Below are positions 51,759-64,000 of a DNA stretch of 64,000 nucleotides, one piece after another. Position 1 is the first letter of the stretch. Every line of letters starts with the position of its first letter. Origin of the DNA: Sphyrna mokarran (Eukaryota); contig JAGIQG010000001.1 in the NCBI GenBank assembly GCA_024679065.1, forward strand, positions 99,696,001 to 99,760,000, in the 5' to 3' direction. Position numbers and translations under genes: made by a program. The notes beneath the pieces are model-generated. The model ran no database searches and was not told where the DNA came from. It worked only from the letters and a program-made list of their open reading frames with translations.

Positions 51759-53967
51759 AATTATATACTTATATACTCCAATTATATTTGAATTTAGGAG
51801 TTAGAAATACATTTTGAACATTTCAAAACAAATTGGGGGTGTAATTTATAAAGAGGAGGACTAGAACAAATATTGGAAAACTTTAATAATTGTAGAATGG
51901 GTATGTAAATAGCAAATGAGCTTCAATATAGATAAAAGTGAAGTGGTATATTTTGGTAGGAAGGAAGGAGGCCAAATATTTCTTAAAAGAAAGGGGAATT
52001 TTAACATGGAGAGGAGTTGAGCTTGGCTTTGGGTGGGAATGGGTTAAATCCAGCAAAAATGATGGCACACAAATACTTAATCTGAGCACATTAGGCTGGA
52101 TGTATACAGCCCCTCGGGCAGGGTTATTTGCCAATTAACGTATGGTAATCACTCAATTGAAGCGAGATTTCAGCACACTTTTACAATTGACACTAGATTC
52201 ATGGGTTTCTTTGCCTTTTTGAAACTAGCCATTGAAAGCGAGGCAAAAACACAACAGTAGTTGAGAGGGCTGATTAAAGCTGTTGGAGATATTGTAAGAA
52301 ATATTCTGAATTCGCTGTCGCTTTCTTAACGATACGTGGGCAAGGGTCTCTTTGCAGTGTTTCAGCTCCTGCACCTTGGAGGTTTCTCAAATCACATCAA
52401 AAGGGTGCTTGCCTGAGATTGAACTTGGATGAGGTGTAATATGACCAGCAGCAGCATGGCCAGCAGGCCAATAGACTGCTGTTGAGAGAGAGAGAGACTT
52501 GTTGCTTGACGAAGATATGGGAAGAATAGAAAGCTGCAGTTCACAGGAGAAACTACCCACGGCTTGTTGTATGAGCAGATGACATGACAGGATACCAGTG
52601 TTTTTCAGGAGATTCGGGATATCATGGCAGAGGATATCAGGCATCCGTAGCCTCCCAGGAGTTGACACTGAACCTACTGGGTATGTTGGTTACATGTTTC
52701 CACCATCAAATGTAGCCCTTGCCATCAAGTCTTTGAAGGTCATCTTGAGTGGAGGAGCTAAAGAAGGAGGAGGAAGAGGAGGAGGTATTACTTATCCCTT
52801 TGCTCCAGAAAGGTACCTGTGAGAAGCTAAATCCCCCATTCCCCCAAGATCTTATTCCATCGTCAAAATTACACATCTTTGTCTCCATCTGTTATGAACT
52901 ACCACAGCATCCTCCTGACTATAGCACTGAAAGTAAAAGCCACTGACAAAAAAAAATACCAAAACAACTCTAACAGCTTTCCCAATAACACATACATCAC
53001 TGAACTAATCACTTGGTGTATTCTTTTAGCGTCTGACTTGAATGTGTCCTAATGCTGTTCCGCAGCTCTGCCCTAGTGGCTGCAACATTGTTAGTGGAAA
53101 ATCAGTGACTTCCATTGAGGACATTACAAATGCATCTTGGAGGAAAATCTCGAGCAGCTCAGGGTCTTGACAGTCCTGCTTCACCAGTCTGGACTGGCTA
53201 GCTGACAGGCAACAGTAAAGCCACTGATGACGTGGCAGGAGGGTGAATGCTATCATACTGAGAAAGGACTGCAGATCCATACCCCATGGAGTCACTGACA
53301 ATCCCCCAGGGCACTGCCTCAGCAAACTTACTAATCTGTTAGAGGGCGGATTGTGGGATAATTGTGAAATTAGAGTACCACATTGAGCATTGGCATCTAT
53401 TGCTTGATGGCAGCAATGTATTTTATAACTGCATCACTTAGTTTCCAATGCATGGGTGACTTCTTCCTTTGCAACAAAAGTAGCTGAGATACAACATCAT
53501 GAGTAGGTCTGCAGGTTAACTGGTAGTTCCATGCTGGAAAGGATGTATTCCAAGCTTGACTCAAGACCTTGTTCCACATTAAGATTGGACTCCTCCATTG
53601 CTCCTTGACAATAACAAAAAGCTGCCTGGAAGGCACACCATCCCAATGAGCATCATTATCAGTATTCTCCCGTAGGTTGCCCCAACGAAGTCCTCATTTC
53701 AGTCTCCTGCAGAACTTGTATGTAAGCTCATTCTCTGGTGAGCTGCATGCAAACGATCCTTTCCCTGGCATTGCTTCCACCCAATGATACTGGTGCTTCA
53801 CCATGCTGCATACAGTGGCTCTTGACACAGTGTCAGTATCTGAGCTGGTCACTGCTAGTGGCAGAACAAGAGATGCTGCTTTCACACACAGATGTCAACC
53901 TCTTGTCCTTTCTCATGAGGTTGCTGTGACTGACCAAGTGGCAGTTCCTGACTATCATATTATATAG

Positions 53968-55300
53968 AGTGAGAGGCAGGATGGGGTGATAAAGGAGGAT
54001 GGAGTGAGGGGCAGGATACGGTGAGAGGCAGGATGTGGTGAGAGGCAGGATGGGGTGATATGGCAGGATGGGGTCAGAGGCAGGATAGAGAGACAGGATG
54101 GGGTCAGAGGCAGGATAGGATGAGAGGCACAATGGAGTGAGAGGTAGGATAGAATGAAAGGCAGAATGAAGTGAAAGACAGGATTGGGTAAGAACTATCA
54201 CAACATCAGGTTAAAGTCCAACAGGTTTATCTGATAGCAAAAACCGTTAACTTTCAAACCGCTTGCTGTTCCTTCATTAGGTGAGTGGGAGTTCTTTCAC
54301 AGACAGGACATATGAAAACAAAAACTCAATTTACAAAATAATGATTGGAATGTGAATCAAGTCTTAAAGGTACAGATAATGTGAGTGGAGAGAGGGTTAA
54401 GCACAGGTTAAAGAGATGTGTACTGTCTCCAGACAAGACAGTTAGTGAAGTTTTGCAATCTCAGGCAAGTTGTGGGGTTTACAGATAGTGTAACATGGGC
54501 CCAAAATCTCAGTTAAGACCTTTCTCAAGTGTGTGGAACTTGACTATCAGTCTCTGCTCAGCGACTCTGCGCTGTCATGTGTTGTGAAGGCCACCTTGGA
54601 GAATACTTACCCGAAGATCAGAGGTCGAATGCTTGTGACCGCTGAAGTGTTCCTCAACAAGAACAGAGCAGTCTTGCCTGGCGATTATCAAATGGTGTTC
54701 ATTCATCCGTTGTCATAATATCTGCATGGTGTCCCTAATGTATCATGCCTTGGAACATCCTTTCCTGCAGCGTATCAGGTAGACAATGTTGGCCAAGTTG
54801 CATGTGTATGTACTGTGTAGCTGATGGATGGTGTTCTTATATGAGATGATGGCATCCATTTCGACGATCTGGCACATCTTGCAGATGTAGCTGTGGCAGG
54901 GTTATGTGGTATTGTGGCCACTGTTCTCCTGAAGGCTGAGTAGTTTGCTGCGGGCTATGGTCTGAGGTTGTGCGGTTGTTTGAAAGCAAGAAGTGGAGAT
55001 ATGGGCATATTCCTGGCGAGATGTTCATCTTCATCAATGACATGTTAAAGGCACCAGAGAAGATTGAGGTAGAATGCTTCGGAAAAGGCTCCAGAGACAG
55101 AATGGGATCAGAGGCAGGATGGGGTGTAAAGCAGGATGGGCTGAGAGCCAGGATGGGATGAGAAGCAGGATAGGGTGAAAGACAGGATAGAGGGAAAGGC
55201 AGGATAGGGTAGAGGCAGAATGGAATGTTAAACAGGATAGTGTGGTGAAGCGATCTGCAGTTACACTTCATACCAGGAAGCAGGATCAGGGTGAGGTGAA
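53968..55300. repeat. Degenerate purine-rich minisatellite (~17-bp GAGAGGCAGGATGGGGT), split by a Penelope insertion
   Basis: Units at 53968-54190 and ~55065-55300. Confidence 0.85.
54198..55063 (-). mobile_element. Penelope-like element 3' fragment
   Basis: Reverse-complement colinear with ~49520-50360, including the GIY-YIG region and CACAACATCAGGTTAAAGTCCAACAGG terminus; decayed HHR core (CCTAATGA...GAAA) at ~54250-54285. Confidence 0.9.
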
Positions 55301-56689
55301 ATTTGAGAAGTTGCTTAAAGCAAGAGCATACTGTCATCATGAATATTGTCAGTGATGTTAGTTACAACAGGTTGTCACAGCTCACCTTGTGATGTTGAGA
55401 ACCACCTCCTTTTTGGCTTTAGGAGTTGTAGTTATGCCTGTCAATCCTGCTTCTGTTCTGCATCCTCTTGTCATTGACTACCTTGTTCCACAAGTGAGAG
55501 GGCAGAACATGTTTGCAATATGTTTGCATCATGTTCCGTGATGTAGGGGAGTCAATAGCTAAGTGGTATTATTGCTGGATTATTAATCCAGAAACTCAGC
55601 TATTGTTCTGGATTCTCCAGTCCTGCTGTAATGAACAGAGATTTCATTGAATACCAGATTTTCTGTTCTCACTGGCAACAGCAGAAAGGCATGAATGGCT
55701 GAAGAATTCCAGCCCATGTGTCCGAAAATGGGAGTAAGTAAATCTTTTCCCGTCCCAAAAGAGAAAATGCTGGAAAATCTCAGCAGTTCTGTTCAGTATC
55801 TGTAAGGAGAGAAAAAAGCTAACGTTTTGAGTCCAAATGATCTTTTCTCTTTTTTCCCCACAATGTTTTGTCCTTGACCTACTCTGCACTTTTTCATGCT
55901 GCATTTGTCCATGTTAAAGGCATTAATCAGACTTCCCCCACTTATTGCAGACTAGTCTAAAGTCATCTAAAGTCACAGGGGTAGATTTTAACTTTTAAGT
56001 GTTGTATGTTTTATATCTAAATGCGATGTATTACTTTATATTTGTCTGTATATATTAAAAGCATAATTCACAGTGCTTTAAAATCTCTGCTCCTTGTTGA
56101 CTTCTCTAGCTTCCAGCAACTTCCAGATTTTGTTTACTTTTGAGTCCACATGCAAGTTAATCAAGCACGGTGAGCACCAGTAGTTTTTGACTAGTAGAGC
56201 ATGCTAGCGAGAAGTCCGTTCTTGCAGTGAAGGAGTTCCCATGATTTAAATTTGGCATGCAAGTTATAACGTTCCAGATACCTCAGAGACAGATTAAACT
56301 ATTCTGGTTAGATTAGAATCGCCACCAGCAAGGTCTGAAACAATATTAACAATAACACCTGCAATGTTTGCAGTGCAGCTCAGGACTGCTGTGGGTGTGG
56401 GAGTTCCCATTTCAGTTGCCCCTCTCAAAATGGAAACAACTAGATGAACCACAATACTGGAACTCTGATGCTGCTGACCCCATCTGTCTGTCTTATTACA
56501 TTCACATGAAAGCAGTGTAAATTCGTGTCATCATTTTCATACACAACATTGTGTCATCAACAAAGTTATACACACATTCACTGAAATCACTGGAAAAGAT
56601 AGTGAAGGATAATGGTTGCAGAACGGATCTCCATGTGACTTATTAGTTAATGAACCCACATAGGGTCGCCAATTCTGATCATCATTAAA

Positions 56690-59622
56690 CCGTAGAATCC
56701 CTGCAGTGCAGAAAGAGGCTATTCAGTCCATCAAGTTTACTCCAGCTCTCCGAAAGAGCATCCCACCCAAGCCCTCCCCTTCACTATATTCCAGTAACCC
56801 TGTGCATTTACCATGGCTAACTCATCTAACCTAGACATCTTTGGACACCAATGACAATCTAGAACAAAGAACAAAGAACAAAACAGCACGGGAAGCAGGC
56901 CCTTCGGTCCACCTCGATGTTCCCACTTCTGCCCATGATCCCGGTCTGTGTTTATAGGTTTATGAATTAAAAACCAAATTTGAGACAATTTAGGGAGAAT
57001 TTCTTCTGCCAATCAACCTAAGAGCACATCTTTGGGATGTGGGAGGAAACCGGAGCATGGAGAAAACCCACGCAAACACGGGGAGAATGCGCAAACTCCC
57101 TCAGACACAGGCCCAAATCCATGTATCTGCACAGCACAGCGATAGTCACTGAGCTGTCGCGTCAAATGGTCCAGGTCAAGAGTACACTAACGACGTGAAG
57201 CACTAGGATACTCTCAAAAAAATCCAAGAGGAGACCTCTCACGACCCATCGCGTGTATGCCCCTCGTTAGACAACAAGGCAGACCAAGTACTTGTAGGAT
57301 AAAAACAAGTACATCAATATCATCGACTATTTATACACTTCCCAGGGACTCCCAAGACTCATGACCCCCATTTTAAATCAGTTTTCTATACCCCTCCATT
57401 CTCATTCTGTTCATGTGTCCATCTAAGTATTTCTTAAATAACTCCTGAGTGCCTGCCTCCACCAATTTACTTGGCAGCGCATTCCATACCCCCACCACCC
57501 TCTGTGTGAAAAAATCTCTCTCTAGCATCCAAATTATACCTTACCCCCCTCACCCTAAGCCCGTGACCCCTCGTACTATTTGAGTCCATCCTAGGAAAAA
57601 GCTTAACCCTGTTTACTCTATCTATACCCCTCATAATCTTGTACACCTCTATCAGATCTCCCCTAAGTCTACGTCTTTCTAGGGAAAACAGCCCCAATTT
57701 GCCTAACCTTTCCTCGTAACTCAGACCTTCCATACCAGGCAGCATCCTGGTAAACCTCCTCTGCACTCTCTTCACTTCCTTCGGTAGTAAGGAAGAGTCT
57801 CCACTTCCTTCGGTAGTAAGGCCACCAGAACTGGACGCAGTATTCCAAATGACATCTAACCAACGTTTTATACAACTGCAATATTAAAGGCCAACTCTTG
57901 TACTCTATACCCCTTCCTATAAAGGCTAGCATACCAGATGCTTTCTTCATAACCTTCTCTACCTGCTCTGCACCTGCACCTCCAGATCCCTCTGCATTTC
58001 TATACCCTTAATAGGTCTACCCTTTATTATATACCTCCCCCCTACATTCTTTCTCCCAAAATGCATCACCTCACATTTATCAGGATTGAATTCCATCTGC
58101 CATCTATCTGCCCAAACTACCAGCCTATCTATGTCCTGCTGCATCGCCTGACAATGCTCCTCACTATCCGCAAGTCCAGCCATCTTTGTATCATCTGCAA
58201 ACTTGCTGATCACTCCACTTACTCCCTCTTCCAAGTCATTTACATATATTACAAATAGAAGAGGTCCCAGTACCGAGCCCTGCAACACACCACTAGTGAC
58301 CGACCTCCAGCTAGAAAAACACCCTTCCACTATTACTCTCTGTCTCCTATTACCAAGCCAGTTACTTATCCATCTAGCTACCTGTCCTTGTATCCCATTA
58401 GCCTTGACCTTTTCAACTAACCTCCCATGAGGGACTTTGTCAAATGCCTCACTGAAATCCATATAGATGACATCAGCGGCTCGCCCTTCGTCAATCATTT
58501 TCATCACCTCCTCAAAAAGTTCTACCAGATTCGTAAGGCACGACCTCCCTTTAATAAAGCCATGCTGCTTATCCCGAATCAGATTGCAACGATCTAAGTG
58601 CCTATACATCCTATCTCTAAGAATTCCCTCCAACAGCTTCCCTACCACTGACGTCAAACTCACCAGCCTATAATTTCCAGGGTTATCTCTACTACCCTTT
58701 TTAAACAACGGTACAACATTAGCTATTCTCCAGTCCTCTGGAACCTCATATGCCTCTCTTTTCTTCTAACCAAGTCTTCAATATCCCTGGCAATCCACAG
58801 CTCTCTAATCCTACCTTTCCCATCTTTCCTCTTAGCCAGCACATATCTTTCTTGCAACATTTTCAGTATTCCCTTGAAAGTCTCCCACGTGCTTAGCATG
58901 GACTTACCCTCGAACAACCATTCCCAATCAGTTTCCTTAAGTTCCATGACTAATCCGACTGTAGTTAGCCTTCCCCCAATTCAGCACCCCCTCCCTAGGG
59001 CAACAAGCATCCTTTTCCATCTGTATCCTAAAGTAGACAGAATTGTGGTCACTATTAGCCACATGTTCCCCTACTACAACATCAACCACTTGCCCTGGCT
59101 CATTACTCAGAACTAAATCCAATATAGCCTCCTCTCTAGTTGGACTAGCCACATACTGCTCCAACGATCCTTCCAGTACATGTTTTACAAATTCCTGCCC
59201 GTTCAAACCCCCAGCTCTAGGTACCTTCCAATCCACCCTAGGGACATTAAAATCTCCCACTATAACCACTCTGTTCTTTCTGCACTTATCCAAAATGTCT
59301 TTACATGTGCCTTCTTCAACGACCCGCGGGCTGTTGGGTGGCTGATAATACACTCCTAGCATAGTAATTGCCCCCTTCTTATTCCTTAATTCCACCCATA
59401 GCGACTCCTCTCCTAATTCCTCTGTATTGTCCTCCCTCTGCACCGCTGTGATGCTCTCCCTAGTGTGGACAATCTGCCTTTTATATATCTTTGGACATGG
59501 GAGGAAACCAGAGCACCAGAAGGAATCCATGCTGACACAGGGAGAATGTGCAAACTCCACAGAGATAGTGACCCAAGGCCAGAACTGAATCCAGATCCCT
59601 GATGCCATGCCGCAGTGTCACC
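56690..59622 (-). mobile_element. V-SINE (CR1-type tail) split by a CR1 insertion
   Basis: Tail half at 56690-56860 and core/head half at 59468-59622; GACAATCT duplicated at both junctions. Confidence 0.85.
56861..59467 (-). mobile_element. CR1 LINE: partial APE endonuclease plus RT, internal deletion near 58745, long composite 3' UTR
   Basis: GVYYQPPNS, VGDFN, ILDLVL, SDHN (endonuclease); PGNYRLVSLTS, YMDFSEAFDKVPH, KFADDTK (RT); ORF2 stop at 57373-57375; (AGAACAA)n tail; 8-bp TSD GACAATCT at 56853-56860 and 59468-59475. Confidence 0.96.
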
Positions 59623-60389
59623 TTTGGCCTACGCAAATTTGCTATGTCAAAGTTACACAGATTTGGAAAAAAAATGATTTGTTTCACTTTATCCTGCTCC
59701 AGATGACTCCATCAATTGAAAAGTCAGTTAAAATTGAAAAATAAAAACAGACAATACATCCACATATCAATCAATGAATCCATTATTTAAAATGAACAAT
59801 CTCTTTCAAAATGAGGGAATACAACAAGCCATTGGGAAAACTTCACTAGGAACAGTTATGAGATTATATACCAAATCTCATTAAAATACCAAAAGATAGC
59901 AGAATTAATACTTTAGTTACCAGAAGAGGGGCAAAGAGGCACTGAAAATTCTTGATGATTAACCACTTAAGGCAATTGTGGATGAGATTGTGTTGGTGCT
60001 ATTGATAGAAAGCTGCAATGATTCTGTTTATGTTAACTACCAAGCCTTATAATGACCAGGAAATTTCTTGAGTTCAAATATTTAAGGCATGTATAGGCTT
60101 CATGAGATCTAGAAATATAACTGAAACAGAGCTCCATCAAGATTCTGACAAATCTGACAAATTTAGGTTTAATGTAGTGATGGACAGGTCTTCAATCCAC
60201 ACTCATGTAGTGAACACTGTGCAATCAGCAGTGGGATGTAATATTTGGCCTGGAGCAGGAGAGCACAAGGTTCTATTCCATCAAATCTACATGGCAGATT
60301 GAGGGTGGAAGAATGTTCAGATTTATAGGTTAAAGCCAAGGAACTGATGAATCAACTGTATTACATTGCTGCCCCTTCCTTAAAATAGT

Positions 60390-60700
60390 TGCACAATAGC
60401 ATAGTGGTTAGCACTGCTGCCTCACAGAGCTAGGGACCCAAGTTCTATTCCTGGCTTGGATCACTGTCTGTGCGGAGTTTGCACATTCTCCCCGTGTCTG
60501 CATGGGTTTAGTCCGGGTGCTCCTGTATCCTCTCACAGTCCGAAAGATGCGCTGATTAGGTGCATTGGCCATGCTAAATTCTTTTCTCCCTCAGTATACC
60601 CAAACAGGCACCGGAGTATGGCGACTGGAGGATTTTTACAATTCCAATACAAAAGATGTGAGCCTACACATGATACGAATAAATAAACCTACACCTAAAC
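60390..60700 (+). mobile_element. V-SINE (alternative tail)
   Basis: AGCATAGTGGTTAGCACTGCTGCCTCAC head, GGAGTTTGCACATTCTCCCCGTGTCTGC core, GAGCCTAC...AATAAATAAAC tail. Confidence 0.9.
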
Positions 60701-61929
60701 TTAAAATAGGTAGGTGTGGAATCGAATGAACGTCTGCTCAGAATCAGAATAATTAATGATGTAAAGAACATTATTATTGAGAAAAAACTTTCACATGAAC
60801 CAACATTGAAGTATAGATTTTAAAAAATTAATTGACAGCAATGCAGCTAGAAGAAATAAATGCACAACAGGATGCACACAAGAAAATACACAGCATGACT
60901 ACTGATATTAATTCAAGGATTATTGGAAAGCACCAAAAATAGACTATAAATTCTGTGAAGACTATCAAAGAATGAAGCTGTTCTATCTGGGGTCAGAAGT
61001 GTAACACATGTAGGGAACAAAACTATTCCTCAGTTGAGTATCCAAAGTTCAGAAGTACAACAAAGGAAAACCCTGTCGAGGGAGTTCGTTTTGAATCAGA
61101 TAAAATTACATTCTTGGAGTTGCTGACTCTGTACAAGACCAATACACTAGCCAATTTGCCAACATGATCATAAGCAGCAAATAAGCCACCTTCCAGCTCA
61201 TCTTTGTTAATGTTATTATTTTTTCCTTGAGAATTAATTCCCAAGACTGCTCAAAGATCCAAGTAGATCACAATTCCAGCATACCACTACTCATTTTGAA
61301 CAAAATAGGATATATCCCATGCAAAACATGAAGTACATTATTTATTGAAAATCCAAGCAAAAAATCTGGGAAACACTCAGAATAAGTAGTCTCTGTGGAG
61401 ATAGGATTAACATTAATATTGATCTTTTCTTAGAAATATAATGTTATCCTATATGAATACCATGTAATAATGACTCACAACACAATGGGGATGAATGGAA
61501 ATCAAAACAAAACAAACGGAAGTTGCCAAGTAGTTCGAAGAAGAGAAATTAAAACAATTCTACTTTCAAATTGATCATAAGGTTGGATTACATAGTCATC
61601 AGTAAGGAAAGTAGTGCCACTCATAAAGAAAACTTGTAGAGGAGAATATTAAGTAGCCTGTCAATGTAAAAGTTTTGTTTAAGCCAATATCCCAAATGAC
61701 TGAGTCCATTCAGTAATGACGGTAATGAGAAAATACATTGAACGGGGACATTTATCCTCCAGGGTATAGCTGGCAGGGTATTCAATGATGGCAATGCTAT
61801 TGAATGTTAACCAGACTTGATTAGACTCATTCACGATGGATTGTCACTTGTATGATGCAAATGTAATTTGTCACTTATCAGCCCAAGCCTGTTTTTTTGT
61901 CGGTTTTTCACTGCACCTGGGTGAAAAAT

Positions 61930-62390
61930 GCCTTATTAAATGAGGTGCACAAAGGTACACAAACTTAACCATTTAGAACCATGAAAGATGTTCTTCATAA
62001 ACTTGCGAAAACAGATCTGTAGTTGTAGTGACAAATAAAGGACTTTGGTGTATTGCACTAAATGAAGAATCGAACTTGCTGATTAGCTTTTTGACTGGAA
62101 TTTCCCAGTCATTCACACTGGTGAAATTCTCTGGTCCTTGCAATGGCAGCGGAGCGTGGACATCTGGCAAAACCTGGCTGAATCTGAAAGATACAGATGG
62201 TTGGAGATGTCTTTTGGAATCTTTCCAACACTAAGGAATTCCAGAAATGACCCTTGAAAACACTTGAAACCTGGCAGATGTTACTATCGTGGCAGATGAG
62301 TTTTTAGACCATGGTAAAGGTGAAAGAAACCATAATGAGGAATTTTAAGCCACGCTGAAACAATGCTAACGGTTACGATAGCAAATTAAA
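61930..62390 (+). mobile_element. Ty3/Gypsy RT relic interrupted by a MITE (62092-62180); possible gag/protease remnants upstream to ~60730
   Basis: VLHKLAK, KGLWCIALNEESNLLISF (cf. GFWQxxLDEESxxLTTF), RYRWLEMSFGI (cf. RYRWxRMPFGI), IVADEFLDHGKG (cf. IADDILVYG), in the correct order. Confidence 0.7.
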
Positions 62391-63550
62391 CAAGAACACA
62401 ATAATGTTTAAAGGAGGAGTAGGGAAATATTTGGCCCAGAGACTTGGTGAGGATGTACAGAAACCAGATTAAATTGACGAGGCAATGCTTCAAATGCCTT
62501 CTCCTACTGACAGCTGAAGCAGTGAGCCGAAGTAGAAAATAGGCCCAGGATAGCAACACATGTGTGAGGGATCTGAACCAGCCATTCCCCACACATCCAC
62601 TTGCACAGTGGGAGGCTGGAACATCCAGGTGGTTTGAAACTCAAGCCTTTTTTAATTTGTTAGCAAATGATTTTAATAACTACGAACGATCAAGTTGAAC
62701 AAGGAGCCATGGGTTTTCTACTCCACCTCTTGCTTGTAGGGAAGCAGAACAAATCAGAATAAATAAACCCTTCAGCCTGAAAACCCACTCATTTTAGCAA
62801 CGGTTGGATTGTGACTGAGTGTTTTGCCAGGTCAGTAATCCTACCCCAAATTACAGGAATGGGCTCATAGCAACTATGTAAAAGAAGTGATAGCGTTACT
62901 GTTCTCTCAATAAGATCAGGAAACGACCTGCAAAGGATGGCGGGGGGAGGGTGGGGGGGGTTGGTGAGAAGGGGAGTGACAGGGGCTGCTGGTGTTAGAG
63001 GATAAGAATTCCAAACTACATGACTTTATTGGAAAATATAAACCCTCAACAAAAAGATTGAATTTAGAACTAATAATATTATATAGTGGCCTAAAGGTAT
63101 GAAGAAACGTTTGGGACTGATGACCTCCCATTGTGAAGCAAGAATTTATTATTATTTTAAAAATTATCCCATATTGCAATATTCCTTTTGACAAGTTAAA
63201 ACTTGTCAGGGATTTTCTTGGAGGCCATAGGGACTAAACGTGCCCGTGTTTGTTACATTCCTACACAAGCAGGATAACATTTCAGTTCAGACAGCAACCC
63301 CACAACCCCTTTGTTTAAAATATCTGACAGGTTAACTTATTAAATACTTGCCAAAGCTGGACTTTTGACTTCAGAGGCCTTTGTAACGTTGAAAGATAAC
63401 ATCAAAATATTTTCTGGCCAATAGTTGTTTTAAAAAATGTCACTAATAATTAATATAAATACTGTTTCCTTTCTAACTGTAAAAGTTTATAATGCACTGT
63501 GATTGATTTCAATTGGCAAATCGGCCTTTAAATTACATTAGGCCCGATTT

Positions 63551-64000
63551 AAGAACATAAGAACTTAAGAACATAAGGAACAGGCGTAGGCCATACAGCC
63601 CCTCGAGTCTGTCCCGCCATTCAGTAAGATCATGGCTGATCTGTAGTGGTTCAGTACCACTTTCCTGCTTTCTCCCCGCAACCCTTAATTCCCTTGTCAA
63701 ATAAAAACCTATCCACTCTTGACTTGAACATATTCAGTGAGGAAACCTCCACCACCTCATCAGGCAGAGAATTCCAAAGATTCACCACCCTTTGTGTGAA
63801 GAAACCCCTCCGCAACTCCAATCTGAGCGCCCCCTTAATCTTGAGGCTATGCCCTCTAGTCCTGTTATCTTTGCTAAGCAGGAAGAGTCTCTCAACCTCT
63901 ACCCTATCCATCACCTTCATTATCTCAAATGTCTCCATAAGATCCCCTCTCAGCCTTCTAAACTCCAAAGAGTACAAACTTAGCCCAATCAATCTCTCCT
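63551..64000 (-). mobile_element. CR1 3' end, continuing beyond the window
   Basis: ORF 63651-63992 LYSLEFRRLRGDLMETF...TRGHSLKI...FFTQRVVNLWNSLP; (AAGAACAT)n tail. Confidence 0.95.

Noticed and set aside
53968-54190. CRISPR-like or coding repeat array
   Set aside because: Degenerate contiguous minisatellite with no unique spacers, in a eukaryotic context.

Overview
This is eukaryotic, repeat-rich non-coding DNA, not a prokaryotic locus. The repeat inventory points to a cartilaginous fish (shark-like; inferred from the sequence, not searched): CR1 LINEs with (TTCTATG)n/(TTCTTTG)n tails, HE1/V-SINE-type tRNA SINEs, Rex/Babar and L2-type LINEs, Penelope elements with hammerhead-type motifs, Harbinger transposase relics, MITEs and a Gypsy relic. 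I found no intact host protein-coding gene. Recognisable ORFs are TE fragments, and the poly-Pro/poly-Gly ORFs at 2.8-3.5 kb come from a G-tract. The window looks like a large intron or gene desert with a few repeat-free islands carrying Pbx/Hox/Meis-type motifs and one candidate spliced exon. I cannot claim a new biological system. Best leads: (1) a TSD-bounded CR1 with a ~510-nt 3' UTR containing a hairpin series and an embedded V-SINE; (2) several locally templated duplications and fold-back inversions, including a 173-bp-arm palindrome; (3) three CR1 copies inserted inside V-SINEs, and V-SINEs with two alternative LINE-like tails; (4) decayed Penelope hammerhead motifs. Boundaries of old repeats are by-eye estimates.
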